Assembly: GCA_010356995.1 (NCBI GenBank)
Contig: ML996687.1
Location: 497,803-561,802 of the forward strand
DNA length: 64,000 nucleotides
Reading direction: 5' to 3'
Origin: Trichodelitschia bisporula
Lineage: Eukaryota
Below, piece after piece: positions 1-12,203 of this stretch. The notes below the pieces were generated by a model that was given only the letters and a program-made list of their open reading frames with translations, ran no database searches and was not told where the DNA came from. Both the position numbers and the translations under genes were made by a program. Position 1 is the first letter of the stretch; each line of letters begins with the position of its first letter.

Positions 1-359
1 TCGGTGAGCTCGGCATGTGCGTCTTTTGGATTGGACGGCTGTGATACGGAAGGATTCGGGCGAACCTTCGGTTATTCGAGAGTCTTGGTGATACATGTAC
101 GCAATGCAGTAATAGATGTGTGGTTGAGATCAGTATCGTGCTTTTTAAGACGGATGTGAGATTCCTGTACTGGGAAGATGAAGTGCTCGATTGGGCAAGC
201 TTTTCCATCATGGCTGAGTGTATGAACTCGATATAAAGGTCCGTGACGAATCATGAAGGTGCAGTCTCCTCGGTCATCTCCCAATTCCTACTGCTGACCC
301 ATCATACAGTCGTAACCGTTACGACCATAGCCGTCCGGCGTTTCTGCCCCTAACCCTTA

Positions 360-1597
360 TTATTCATCATCGCCAAACTGCACAGCAACCTTCATGACAA
401 GCTTCTTCTCGTCATCCTCCGGCCTACTAGCCATCAAAAAGGCTTTCTCAACGTTCTCAAGTCCCTTGAAAGTGTGCGTGAGGAGTGTAGAGAAGTCCGG
501 AAGCTCTGTCTTCGCCTTCCGCAGCCTCTCAATGGCCGCAGGATAAGCGTTGGCGTACCGGAAGACGCCGATAAGGTCAATCTCATGGAGTGCAGCATGC
601 GATATAGGTAACGTCTGTACTGGCGTCCCCATCCCAATAAGCATAACCTTGCCACCTGGCCGTGTCACCTATGCGAATCAGTTTTATCGCCCACAAGGTC
701 GTCCTGGACCTACATATATTGCCGTCTGCAAACACTCCATCGCGCCCGTACATTCAAACACAGCATCGTACTGATCGTACTGTTGATTCTCGGTGAGCCT
801 CGATGCCACAGCCTGGGCCCTCATGAGTCCCTCCGTAACTCCAATCTTCCCTCGAACAGGAGGAACGACATGCCCATCCCCCAGCCAACTGGTAACCCCC
901 GCCCATCTCCCATTAACTGCAAACCTCACTCTGCCCCCATTTCCATCTGCAACAGTCACCCGTGCCCCATTCCCTCTCGCGACGGCGGCAACCAAGCATC
1001 CCACCGGCCCAGCCCCGAACACCAACACACGTGCTCCGGGTTCCAGTCCCGCGCGCTGGACCGCATGCTCCGCCACAGCCATGGGTTCGACCAAGGCGCC
1101 TAGGGACAGCGGAACCTCGCGCGGAAGTTTGAAAGTCCATTTCGCTGGGTGGTTGAGGAGGAGCTGCAGCGTGCCCTGGGTGTGCGGGACCAGCTTTGCT
1201 GAGCTGCGGAATTTCAACTCGGGGCAGATATTATACCGCCCTTCGAGGCAGCGGGGACAGATTGAGCACGGCTGGCCAACTTCGAGAGCAACGCGGTCGC
1301 CTGGACTGAAGGTGGTTACCTCTGAGCCAATAGCGGTGACGATGCCGGAGGACTCGTGGCCCAGAGTGAGAGGAGATGTTGCTAGAATAGACCCGTTGCT
1401 GAAGGAGGTGTAGTAGTGGACATCTGAGCCGCAGATGGTGGTGGTGTGGATTGCAATTTGGAGGTCGTTTTCTCTGAGAGGTTCGAGAAGACGGGATTCC
1501 TGTGAATTATGTGAGCCAGGAACATAAGAATTCGGAGCAGAGTTACTATGCGGAGGTCCTTCGGGCCATGGAGAACTGAAGCCTTAGTCTCGGTCAT
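360..1597 (-). CDS. Zn-dependent polyol dehydrogenase (sorbitol/xylitol dehydrogenase, MDR family), 3 exons
   Basis: ATG at 1597 (MTETKASVLHGPKDLRI). Introns ~1500-1546 (GTAACT..CAG) and 669-713 (GTAGGT..TAG). The spliced product has TICGSDVHYY and GHE (catalytic Zn), the structural Zn cluster PCSICPRC..YNIC, FRSSAK..PH.QGTLQ, Rossmann GAGPVG, FECTG and VFRYAN. Confidence 0.92.
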
Positions 1598-2369
1598 ATC
1601 GGCGTCTTTGGTAGGGATTATGGTCATTTGCACAATTGCAGGAGGATATCCCGAGATTTATAGAGATCAAAGTGAGGCATGTGGCTCAGCTCGATATTAG
1701 AGTGAAAGTCCTGGAAGGAATGTTTCATCTAGGCGAGAGGGGAGGTGGATGCACACCTCACCGCACCTATCTGTTCAATGGGAGGGACAGAGGTGCGACC
1801 TGGCACGAGGACGGCACTGCATACTCTATCAAGAAAACGAGATAGAGAGCTCAAGCATGTAGCATGTGTTGGACCAACGAGTATATGAGGACGGTTGTGA
1901 CAGCTGTGTCCTCTGGTCTTCCTTCAACGACTCCATGGTGCTCGGAGGGACAAGGCTTGTACTTTGACTCCGTGGTGATATGCCAAAATGCACGAGGTCA
2001 GTAGTTGAAGGGCTCGAGCTCCGCGTATAGATGGTAGAATGCAGTCGATTACATGAAGCAAGCCGTTGTCTCCCATCGCGGTGCGCTTACCGAGAATTCA
2101 TTAGTCCGTTCTTTGTGCAACGACCCTAGGAAAGGACGCGACGAGAAAAGAACGGCGCCTTGATCTTGAAGTTGAAGCAGTATTGCGAGTCTGAAACAAG
2201 GACGACCGAAATCGGCCCAGAAGATTATCATCACAGCGGCCCCGCGATGGGTATCTCAGCTGCCCCGCGACGGGCATCACTGCAGCCCGCCCCCCCTCCT
2301 CCCCCATCAGACATCAGATAACGCCCCGTAGCACCCACCAAGCCCAACACCAGCCTCACCTCACCCACT

Positions 2370-3196
2370 ATGCCCCCCGTCCTTTCTCTATTCTCTCTCT
2401 CGGGCCAAACCGCCCTCGTAACCGGCGGCACCCGCGGCATCGGACAAGCCATGGCCCTCGCCCTAGCCGAAGCCGGCGCCGACATCATCCTCATCCAGGT
2501 ACCCGCACCCACCTCCCGACGCATCGACTAAACCCGCAGCGCGACCACACCAATGACGCGACCCAATCGCTCATCCGCGCCCTCGGCCGTCGCGTATACA
2601 TCGTCACCTGCGACCTCTCCGACCCCGACTCCGTGGCCGGCGTCGTGCCCAACCTCAATATTGGCGGAGAGGAAATCACCATCCTGCTGAACTGCGCCGG
2701 CGTACAGGCGCGACACCCCGCTGAGGACTTCCCGGAGGACGACTGGGCCCGTGTGCTGCAGGTCAATCTGGGGGCTGTGTTCACGCTGAGCCGCGATGTG
2801 GGCAAGCAAATGCTTTCACGGGAGCCGGACCGCGGTGGGCGACGCGGGACAATCATCAATGTAGCGAGTCTGCTGTCGTTTCAAGGAGGGATCACGGTGC
2901 CGGCGTATGCGGCGAGTAAGGGCGGGGTGGCGCAGTTGACGAAGGCGTTGAGCAATGAGTGGGCGGGACGCGGGATCACGGTGAATGCTATTGCGCCTGG
3001 GTATATTGCGACGGATATGAATGAGGCGTTGTTGGCGGATGAGGAGCGCGCGAAGAGTATACTCGCACGTATTCCCGCGGGGAGGTGGGGGGACCCTGAG
3101 GACTTTAAAGGCGTGGTTGTTTGGCTGGCGAGTCGGGCCAGTGGGTATGTCACTGGTGAGGTTGTCACTGTTGATGGGGGCTGGATGGCAAGGTAG
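2370..3196 (+). CDS. Short-chain dehydrogenase/reductase, KduD / 2-deoxy-D-gluconate 3-dehydrogenase-like, 2 exons
   Basis: ATG 2370 [26 protein letters not shown] (TGxxxGIG). 41-nt intron 2499-2539. Also [25 protein letters not shown] (YxxxK; typical of KduD-like SDRs), [13 protein letters not shown] and VDGGW. Confidence 0.9.
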
Positions 3197-3665
3197 GTGA
3201 CGTGGCGGTCTGAGTGATGAGGTGATTCATTTTAGTACGAGGACAAGGGAACCAGATGAGACTGCTCCATAGATCGAATAGAAATACGCCCTATTAGGTG
3301 ATATGAACCTCAAAATCATCAGCAGGTTTGGTAGCTCATCACAAGGCCGCCACTTGAGTCACGTTTGTTGCACCTACAGTACAGCTTTGCACGACAGGTG
3401 TGAGCAAGTGAGGACTAGAGTACGAGTAGATTATGGTGACATGCTTTGGTAACACACATCTGTAGAGTGTTGAGCGCCCCGTCCGAGCAAGCCACTCTAC
3501 GTGGTTGTGGGGATGAGAACAACGGAGCTCGCAGTGGGTGGGAAATCATTGTCGCATTGCCCGCTATAGAGGCTGATGAACGCCTTCTCCCTAAAGCATG
3601 ACCCTTAAACCATTGACTAGCCCATTTTCACTCTCTTGACCGCCGACAACCCAGGGAACAGTTGT

Positions 3666-4389
3666 CTACGAAGCAGGAGCGCCACCACGCCCACGGCCTG
3701 ACAAATTGTTAGTAACACGATTATCATGCTGTGGAGATGCGTACCGAAGCCACCGCGCGCGAAGCTAGGCTCATAAGCGCCAGGAGCACCACCCTCCTTG
3801 CCCTCGCCGGCATCCCGCCGCCGGTAATCACCACGCTCACGCTCACCACGGGGAGCACCACGGCCACCGCCCCTCCGCTCACGGTCGTCACCGCCCAGCA
3901 TGCCGCGAGGAGGCGCGTGCGAACGCTGCTGCTTGATGTGGGTCTGGGGAACGATCTCAGCCGGCAGGTGGAGCCACTCGCGCAGGTAGTCGAGGCCCTC
4001 GGGGGTCAGAGTGTAGTAGTACCACTGCCACGAGAACTGAGTCTTCACATAGCCGCGGGAGTCGAGGGACTGCAATGCCTTGATGACCTGGTTGAAAATG
4101 TTAATGGCTGTCCAAATATACCGTACAGCACCGCTGCGGGAAGAGTCCGTACATAGAGGTTCTTGGTCTCAATCTGCTGATGCGCGGCCAGGTTGAAGTC
4201 CTTCTTCGCGACAACGACACCCTCTGGGAATGGCGTCAGTAATGGGCAAAGGTGCGGTTGTGCACCGCTCGGGGATGGGTGAAATTACCGCGGAAGAGGT
4301 ATTCGTGGATCTTCTTGCGATCCGCCTTGGGAATAAGCCTGTTCTGATTAGCGTCTCGTAACGGGCGAATTCCGAGCGATAGCATACAT
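3666..4389 (-). CDS. RPS10: 40S ribosomal protein S10 (eS10), 5 exons
   Basis: Spliced product [83 protein letters not shown] with an RGG-rich tail. Introns 4339-4387, 4224-4288, 4088-4152 and 3698-3744; stop TAG 3666-3668. Confidence 0.97.
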
Positions 4390-4794
4390 TGTGGCGGCGT
4401 GGAGTTTGTCGTTGGAAGAGGGTGGTCGTAGGAGAGGTTGAGGTTCTGCGGAATTCAATTGTGGCCGGTCTTCGCAAGGGCGTTTGATCGCTTAGATAAG
4501 ATAAGACCCTATTGGCCTTGGCATTTCTCCAAGGCGCGCTTGGGCCAAGTGACACCAACCATCATGCCCCATCAAAAGCCATCACCGGTTCTACTATTCA
4601 CGACTCCCACTACTTACTGGACCTCCTGCATCAGTCTCCCAACACAATAGTCTGCTCGCTCAGCACAATACCTTTGACGTCTTTGCTTTATTCACTTCGC
4701 CGCTACAAGGACTGTGGCTGCTCTGGTTGCTGTGCTCGCTCGAAGCATTCACTTACCGTTGAACTCGATCCTCGCCACCCCATCCAACCTCAAG

Positions 4795-5625
4795 ATGGCT
4801 CCGCACAAGATCAACGTCCTTCTAACATCCTTTCCTGGCCTTGGGCTGCCTAAAACCCTTGCACTCCCCGTAGACTCTTCGACATGCATCGGCGAGCTTA
4901 CAGACTTGATCTCGCAGCGCCTCCCTTCCACTGCGAACAACCTCATCCTCACAACCACCTCAAACAAAGATGTCTCCGCTCGTCGCCCATCAGAGCCCAT
5001 TACCTCGCTCCTCAGCTCTCCGCATGACACCATGCTCCCCCTCCGCCTCTCAGTTCCTCTGTGCGGTGGTAAGGGTGGCTTCGGCTCACAGCTCCGGGCA
5101 GCTGGAGGACGCATGTCGTCGCGGAAGAAGCGCAACCAGGGCGAGAACACGGGCTCAAGCCGCAGTCTTGACGGTAGACGGCTACGAACTGTCGCCACAG
5201 CCAAGGCGCTTGCTGAATATATGGCTGTCAAGCCCGGACTCGACCAGCGCGAAAAGGAGGACAAGAGGAAGCGGTGGCAGGAAGTTGTCGAGACTACGGA
5301 GCGGAAACAGGAAGAGATTAAGTACGGCGGGAAGGCTCGCTTGGATGGAAAGTGGGTTGAAGCCAAGGATGAGGCCACGGAGAAGACGCGGGAAGCGGTG
5401 CTGGCTGCCTTGCAGACGGAGGACGTCAAGGATTCCCTTGCAGAGAAGGACAGTGACGCTTCTACAAACACATCCGGAGACAGCGATACTGGTGGGAGCG
5501 AACGTACAGAATCGAACGGCAAGGCTTCGGGCGTACAGAACACTGCGACCACTTCACGTTCCTTCTATGGTTGGGACGAAGACGAGATGAGTGACAGCAG
5601 CGATGAGGAGAAGGAAGCTATATAA
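4795..5625 (+). CDS. SDE2: SDE2-family ubiquitin-fold-activated splicing / telomeric silencing factor
   Basis: N-terminal ubiquitin-like region ending LRLSVPLCGG|KGGFGSQLRAAGGRMSS, then SRSLDGRRLRTV and an acidic C-terminus; this is the Sde2 signature. Confidence 0.88.
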   Translation: MAPHKINVLLTSFPGLGLPKTLALPVDSSTCIGELTDLISQRLPSTANNLILTTTSNKDVSARRPSEPITSLLSSPHDTMLPLRLSVPLCGGKGGFGSQLRAAGGRMSSRKKRNQGENTGSSRSLDGRRLRTVATAKALAEYMAVKPGLDQREKEDKRKRWQEVVETTERKQEEIKYGGKARLDGKWVEAKDEATEKTREAVLAALQTEDVKDSLAEKDSDASTNTSGDSDTGGSERTESNGKASGVQNTATTSRSFYGWDEDEMSDSSDEEKEAI

Positions 5626-7218
5626 GTTGAGCCGTAGTTAGGAATGGGTGCGATGGTCTTTGATGCGTCTGTTGACGTTTGTTTTGAACTGGCGACAATG
5701 GGGTTTGAGGATAGGATAAGATACCCTGTGGATGATTTACTCCACATTATTGAATGACAATGTTTGATTCAATCTCTTGACCGGTGCTCTCTGATCAGAT
5801 ATACGAGGCTCCCACATACTGCCTGGATATCGTCGTAAGACCATTCTTATTCTTACAGTAGCATGGTGTGTTACTTACTACTCTATCCCGTATGCGCTAA
5901 CGCGTACAGTCGCGTCTCCAGCTGAGCCATTGTCCGTGCACACTAGTTCTACATAAAGGACGACGTCCGCTGCCTCGGAAGTGGCATCATATCTTTGAAT
6001 GCAACGAATACACCTCCACATCCTTCACAAGGCCATATCGGCCGCACATCACGTCGTGTGCTTCTATCTGCCGGCAGAAATTTCCTTTCACCCGCATTGG
6101 AGAATGCTGTGCACATAGTATATATCCTTCTGGTACTGGTTGGCTGGTGCCTAGCGCGTGTCGCTTTGCCTCTTGTGCATCAATAGTACTTTTTTTTGCA
6201 CCCAGTACAGTATTCGAGGTGGATGAGAGGTTTTCGGTCCAGACAACTCAATCGCCGAGGTACTGTAGCCAAAGTCAAGGTGGCCACCCGATGAAGAATG
6301 CTCCAAGCCATACATATACTGAGAGATTTTAGAGATGCAGCCCTCGATGTCGAACAGAAGCTGAAAGGTTTCCCTCCATCCATTGCTTGCACCCGTGTAA
6401 GCCTTGCCTCAGCCCACCCCCCTCACCCCCAGTACTCGCATATCATACCTGCGATTTTGCCGTCATGACCAACGAGATACATGCCAAGTCATACCACTTA
6501 GGAGGAACCCTGCAGCAGGGTAAGATGCGATGAGCAAAGAAAGAGCGACGCTTTCTGATTAAACAATCTTGCGTACGAACAGCTGCAACCATTGCACGTT
6601 GAATCAACCCGCAGCGAACTTAGCCTCTTGACAGCTATTCAACCGCTTTGCTGGCCGACCACACCCACAAGGATTGTGCAGCCTGGAGAGGGTGTGGAGA
6701 GATCTCCTAGACGGTAAGAAACTGACTAGCGAACGAGGTGTTGGGCACCTTCGTCTCCCCTTGACAATTGCGCCCCCTCACTGCCTCATCGCGCTGGCAG
6801 CAATCTAAGCGGTCTACGAACGATGAAAATCCGAGAGTTGTAGCCGGGATACCAATCACTGCTTCTTTCAGTTATCCGAGGTTAACAGCAACTAGTCCTG
6901 GTCTTGCTCGATTACTTGTGAGGCGTCGAAGACACGAGACTCGCTTGCTGCTGCCTATGGACCATGGATGAAGCATATGCCTGACTAATAATATCACAGA
7001 TGCGATGGTTTCACTGCAGCTTTGTGGGATGCAACTAGTATCGTAGCTGTGATATTGAGTTGCAATAGGGTATAGTATCCATGTTGGTGATGAGCCCAAG
7101 GGTGCCAGGCGTCATAGCGCTTGCGCCTCCAGCTCTCGTATTAATCTAGCCTGATCCTGCCAGCCAACTTACCTTCAACCCCTCCACCAGCTTCTCAAGC
7201 TTCCAGCATACACCAGCC

Positions 7219-9530
7219 ATGGCCAACATAACAGACTGTGATAACACGAAGCAGCAACGGGAAAATACTGGCTTCGTTGAAGACCCGCAGCCTCTTTCTG
7301 AATCGCTACCATCTCATCGTATAACGCAATGTCAGCAAGAAAGCGAAGAGAGTGTTGAACCAGAGCCCGGCATTTGGCGGCGCGAAACCGAATATACTCT
7401 CTTGTCAGCCACTTCAGGAACCTCTCGCACCACCATCACCCAAGCCTCCGGCCCTCATCCTCACATATCATCACTGGACTCCAGGCTGATGGTAAGCTGT
7501 TGACCTGCGTTGCCCTATACCGAGCTAATATCGCTGGCAGAAACCAGTTCTTTCGTTACGTGATACGCCACGCTCTCAGCGCTCGAGAGATTCAGAAGCC
7601 GAAGTTGAGCGATGGAGGACAGCGGTGTCGGAGCAAGCGGAGAATGATGCCGATCCATTGCCAGGATCAGGTGTCCATTCGAGGCGCCCGTCGGAGAACG
7701 AAATTGTCCTCAAGCAAGAAGAGCGTGAAAATCAGTCGACCCTTCCTCCGGAGTCGCCTCCGCAATTTGAGCATCACCCTGTCCTACATAATTCATCTCC
7801 AAGGGCCCCCATTCCCGACGATTTCCGTGGAATCGGAAGCCACTTACCTCATTCCACTATCCCGGAAGATGGCAGCAAAAATGATGGCTGCCTTGGCCAT
7901 ACCCAGTGTGAAGGCGACGGGGCTCCTCCATCGCCCGTGGATACTCTATCAGGGATTTCCTGTGCCGGTGATGGAGGAACGGAAGTCTCTCTACAGGTTT
8001 CTTCGAGCATCGAATGCCTCAACTCGATGACTCCTATAACTTGTGTGTCCCGGGATGTCGAGGATTTAATACCCACTACGATCCGACTTCTCCAGGAAAC
8101 GTGTACACACGAGCTTCCCATCAGATCACGACCAGCTGACGGGAATGGATATGGTGGCCGTACCGGAAACTTCGACCAGGCTTCCGGGACAAACTGGCCC
8201 GAGCGCGGCAATCCATCTGGTCATGGATGTCCGCCCACGCAGTCATCGAATGCATTCCCACCAAGCCGGATGCCTCGGTCTCCGGATGACGGCGAGGACG
8301 GTGATGATGACGATGGTGATGGCGATGACGACCCTAATCCATCTCCTAGTGGGGGTCGGGCTTCGAAACCCTATCTACCGTGCCCTTTCAAAGTCAAATA
8401 CCCCTCTTTGGCATGCAGGGACTTTCCGTACATGACGAGACTCAGGTAACTTATCTTACCACCATATGCAGTGCTCGCTAATCGCTAATGCAGAGCACAT
8501 ATTCTTAACTCTCATAGCCCCTTGGAGGGGCGATGCCAGAAATGCTGGCTAAAGTTCGGAACGAATCATAGGAAGTGCAATCCTAGAAATGAACCCACCA
8601 AGTTTCTCGACCAGGACGCGTACCTTCGGGTACAGAAGATAAGGACGGCCAACGATGACGACACTCGGTGGGCCAAATGGTGTGAACTTTGGAAGGTCGT
8701 CTTCCCACGTATGTGCGTCCATAAAGCTGCATACCTCCCTACTCCCTTTGTTCAGGCTTTGAGCGTTGTTTGCATTGCATTGAGCACTCCCTCCCATGCT
8801 GCTTGTTACTCCTTGTTTCTGGGTTGATTTTCGGTTGATATCTGATTCCATTTGAACAGGTTTCTCGCCACCATCCGAGGACATGTCATTGCAGGCCGCC
8901 TTTGACGGGTTTCCGGGGTTCCCTCACTTTCCTCCGCTGCCGGCGCAATTTTTGGTACAACCTTCTGCGCATCCTGCTCCAGACCTTATCCCTTCTACCC
9001 CGGTAAACATGACTTCTCCCGTGGTCTTCTCACCTTCGGGCTGTCTCCATCCTAAGGACGGGCATCCCACATCTGGGATGTACACAGCCCACACGCCTAC
9101 CATGGCCCACCCAGTCCAGGTCAGCATAAGCGACGAATCCCGATATCACAGCGTTGCAAGTTCAGCAGGACAAGAGGGTAGAGATCAGTTCCTAAAGGCG
9201 TCTGGGCGAAGCAGCACAAATCTCACGGTTCCCGATCCTGAAAGCCCAACCGCAGGCCGAGGAAACAGTGCACAGGGACTACCTGAAACCGACACCCTCG
9301 AACAGCGTCGAGCAACCCATGCCAGTGAATTCAAAATACCAGCGGATCAGCATGAACAGGCTATCTGTTCATTGAGGGCAGGCCTCATGGACCTGGATCG
9401 AGAGTGTAACTTCGATGAATGGTTCGAGATGCAAGTGGTTCACATCGACCGAATATCTCAGGCTAAGCGCCAAATGGAAAACAAGTTTGAGTCGTTGCTG
9501 TGCTCACTGAAAGCAGAGGACCTTGATTGA
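7219..9530 (+). CDS. Hypothetical protein with a C2H2-like zinc-binding region, about 4 exons
   Basis: Phase-compatible introns 7492-7540, 8446-8493 and 8709-8859 join four ORFs. The central segment reads LPCPFKVKYP..C..LRAHILNSH..RCQKCWLKF..C..WCELWKVVFP and is flanked by disordered S/P/D-rich regions. Confidence 0.65.
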
Positions 9531-11516
9531 ATTTCGAATGAATAAAGAGCTTTTCATGCTCAAGATTTTCTGAAATTTTCATCGTTTAGTTGATATGGAG
9601 TTTGGTGCTGCTAGTTCTAATCTCTTTGGCGAAGGTGCGTTTGATGGCGGATTTTAAGGATTCACAGTAGGAGCTCAGCTTTTCCCCTGACGGAGCAATG
9701 CGTTCTTGTCTTGACAAAGCTAGATACCCATATTTTGGAATTTTCTGTTCAAATCTCATCCCTCGTGATTTAGAGCGGTGATATCGTGTACTCCCCATTT
9801 CCGGCACTTTGTCCTTTCAAATACCCGTATCCTGCACTCCAGCCTTCACCGCCCTCCCGTCTCGGTCTCTGCATACTCCCTTCAGCTCCAGGTGACCTTC
9901 CTCCGCCACCACGACATGCCGCAACATCACAACCATCCCACCCCTCACATTTCAGGTGACACACCACCTCCGCTCCGCCCAAGCCCCACCGACCTCCACC
10001 CCTCAGCCTCCATTTTGCCACTACCACGCCATCCCGGCGCAGTGGCACCCAAAATTGGCATCAGCCACGACAGGGATTCTCTAGCCCAAAGTCGTCACCA
10101 CACTCTCGAGTCATGTCCCCCAGCCTGATACGTTGTTACACAACCAGAAAGCATAGCCAGCGGACTTGCCCACGGCTAGGAGCATCTGTGTAGTGCTTTG
10201 GTACTAGTGTAGGTTAGATCGTACATTGCAGGTAGTACGGTGTGGGGGGCTGATGGAAGACGTGAAGCGGAGCTCAGCCTTGTTTGCGAGCGGGGGCTGT
10301 TATGAGGTGTGGATTGCCGGGAAGAGAGGTTACCAATTGAAATCTGGGTAGTGGTAAGAACGGATAATTGGCACTGATTGTGATGATTGGAAGATGGGCA
10401 AGGGATCATTGGCATACGACGCGAGATGCCCCAAGGCTGGTGTGTTCCAGTCACGTGATATCTGCATCTGCATTCGGCAGGTACTAAAAATAAGGTTAGT
10501 GCAGGATAGCCTCCCCCAGCTCCCGCATGAGGTTAGACGTATGCCACTGTTACCGTACAATGGGAAATCACATGCCTCTAGCAGGTTTTCGAGCTTGTTT
10601 TACCGGCGGTTTTGAATCTAGGCTGCGTCAGATCCTGTCTACTCTAGTGGACCGTACAGAAAGAAACGTAGGACGTCTTAACAGAGCGGTGGAAGGAGCC
10701 GCAATGGCTCTCCAATACCGGCCACAAGGGCTCATTCCCTGCTTTCCGCCAGCCTCTCTAATTGCTGAACTTCGCCCTTACGCGGGCAGCCGGTGGAGAG
10801 GCGGGGACGCTCTTTGGGAGGGGAATTGACGGCTCGTTTGGGCTTCACCGGGGTTGGGCATATTTGTTGTTGGTGTTTTTTGATACACACCGAGGGTGAC
10901 TCGGAAATATTGTAGCCGCCTTACTTGGGCATCGTTGCGGGCTGGGGCGGCCAGGGCCTTTTCGGATGGCACATCTGGTCTTTGGTGTCCATGCGACTTT
11001 CGGGATGTGGTCACAATCGGCGTCACCATCGGGTGCTGGCTGGCGAGGAAGAAGTCATGGTGCTCGTGAAGAACCTTTCATATTTCTCCGTTTCGGATTG
11101 AGAAGGCGGACAATAGCGCGGTCATAATGAACCTGAAGAGTACTCGAAGGATCCCAGTTGATGGTAGCTCGGAAAACACGGAGAACTAGGGCGTACCAAA
11201 TAAAGCCGACTTGAATGGAAAGACTCGCGGTAAACACCTAAAAAAATGGATCTTCCCCACGTAACTGACATGCAGAGGCTCGAGAGACCGGCGTATGGAG
11301 GGAGCAACAAGAGAACTAAGCAGATCGGTGGCAAACGAGGGTGCGGCGCCACCATTTCCCGTTGGACTTGTAATATGCGCATCAAACTCCGAAACTCCTT
11401 TCCGGTCCCCATTTGATGTCGGCATCGTGCCTTGCTCGTCTTCGACTCCGTTCCCAAAAGATCAGCAAAACATGAGTAGCAGAAAGAAACCGACAACCCT
11501 GCAAGAGAGAGCGCAT

Positions 11517-12203
11517 TTAGCTAGACCAGTCATCCTCGAACTCCACTTCCTCCTCTCGTAGGAACATTAGCATCTCATCATAATGATACATCTCATGCTC
11601 CCTTAGCACGTTCTGCACGGCCGTTCCGTCGCTAGGGGTGGTCGTAGCCGTGATCCGGACCTCCTGGAACCACCCGCAGTTGAAAGAGCAGTAATGCGTA
11701 ACAATCATGTCATCAGGGGAGCTTGGGGAGTTTGCAGCTTCGGTGGAGTGTAGTGCACTGTCACTCCCGGGGTGGAGGGCTTCTCCGCCAGTGTCGGTCT
11801 GCAGAGTTTCTCCGCCCGTGCGGGTCTGCAGGGCCCCCTCTGCCGTCGGAGTGCTGACGCGCGGACCGGTCTTGTTGTCTTCAGAGGGATCCTCCTCCAG
11901 GGAAGGCTCTGGGTCATAAACATTTGGATCTTCACGATTGATGACGTCGACGTTGCCCACTGCCCCAAGCTCATGTAGCTTAGCTTCCGAGATACTGACC
12001 CCGCTGTCGCCCGAAGTCAATGAAGGCATAGTGTCAGAAAACATATCGGGTTCCGGAACCGGCGAGCTCGAAGCCTCGGCGGCTGCGGAGGATGTGACTG
12101 ATGTCGGGGATGCAGGCTCATTAGGCGGAGATTCGATGCCGTCTTGTTGCCAGAGCGCATTCCACGGCGGGCTTGCTGAATTGATGTTATGGTTGTTCTC
12201 CAT
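11517..12203 (-). CDS. Hypothetical acidic S/P-rich protein with a C-terminal Cys/His motif
   Basis: 228-aa ATG-initiated ORF with HYCSFNCGWF...LREHEMYH near the C-terminus and a 27-nt internal repeat (GGETLQTDT/GGEALH). Confidence 0.5.
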   Translation of the reverse strand: MENNHNINSASPPWNALWQQDGIESPPNEPASPTSVTSSAAAEASSSPVPEPDMFSDTMPSLTSGDSGVSISEAKLHELGAVGNVDVINREDPNVYDPEPSLEEDPSEDNKTGPRVSTPTAEGALQTRTGGETLQTDTGGEALHPGSDSALHSTEAANSPSSPDDMIVTHYCSFNCGWFQEVRITATTTPSDGTAVQNVLREHEMYHYDEMLMFLREEEVEFEDDWSS

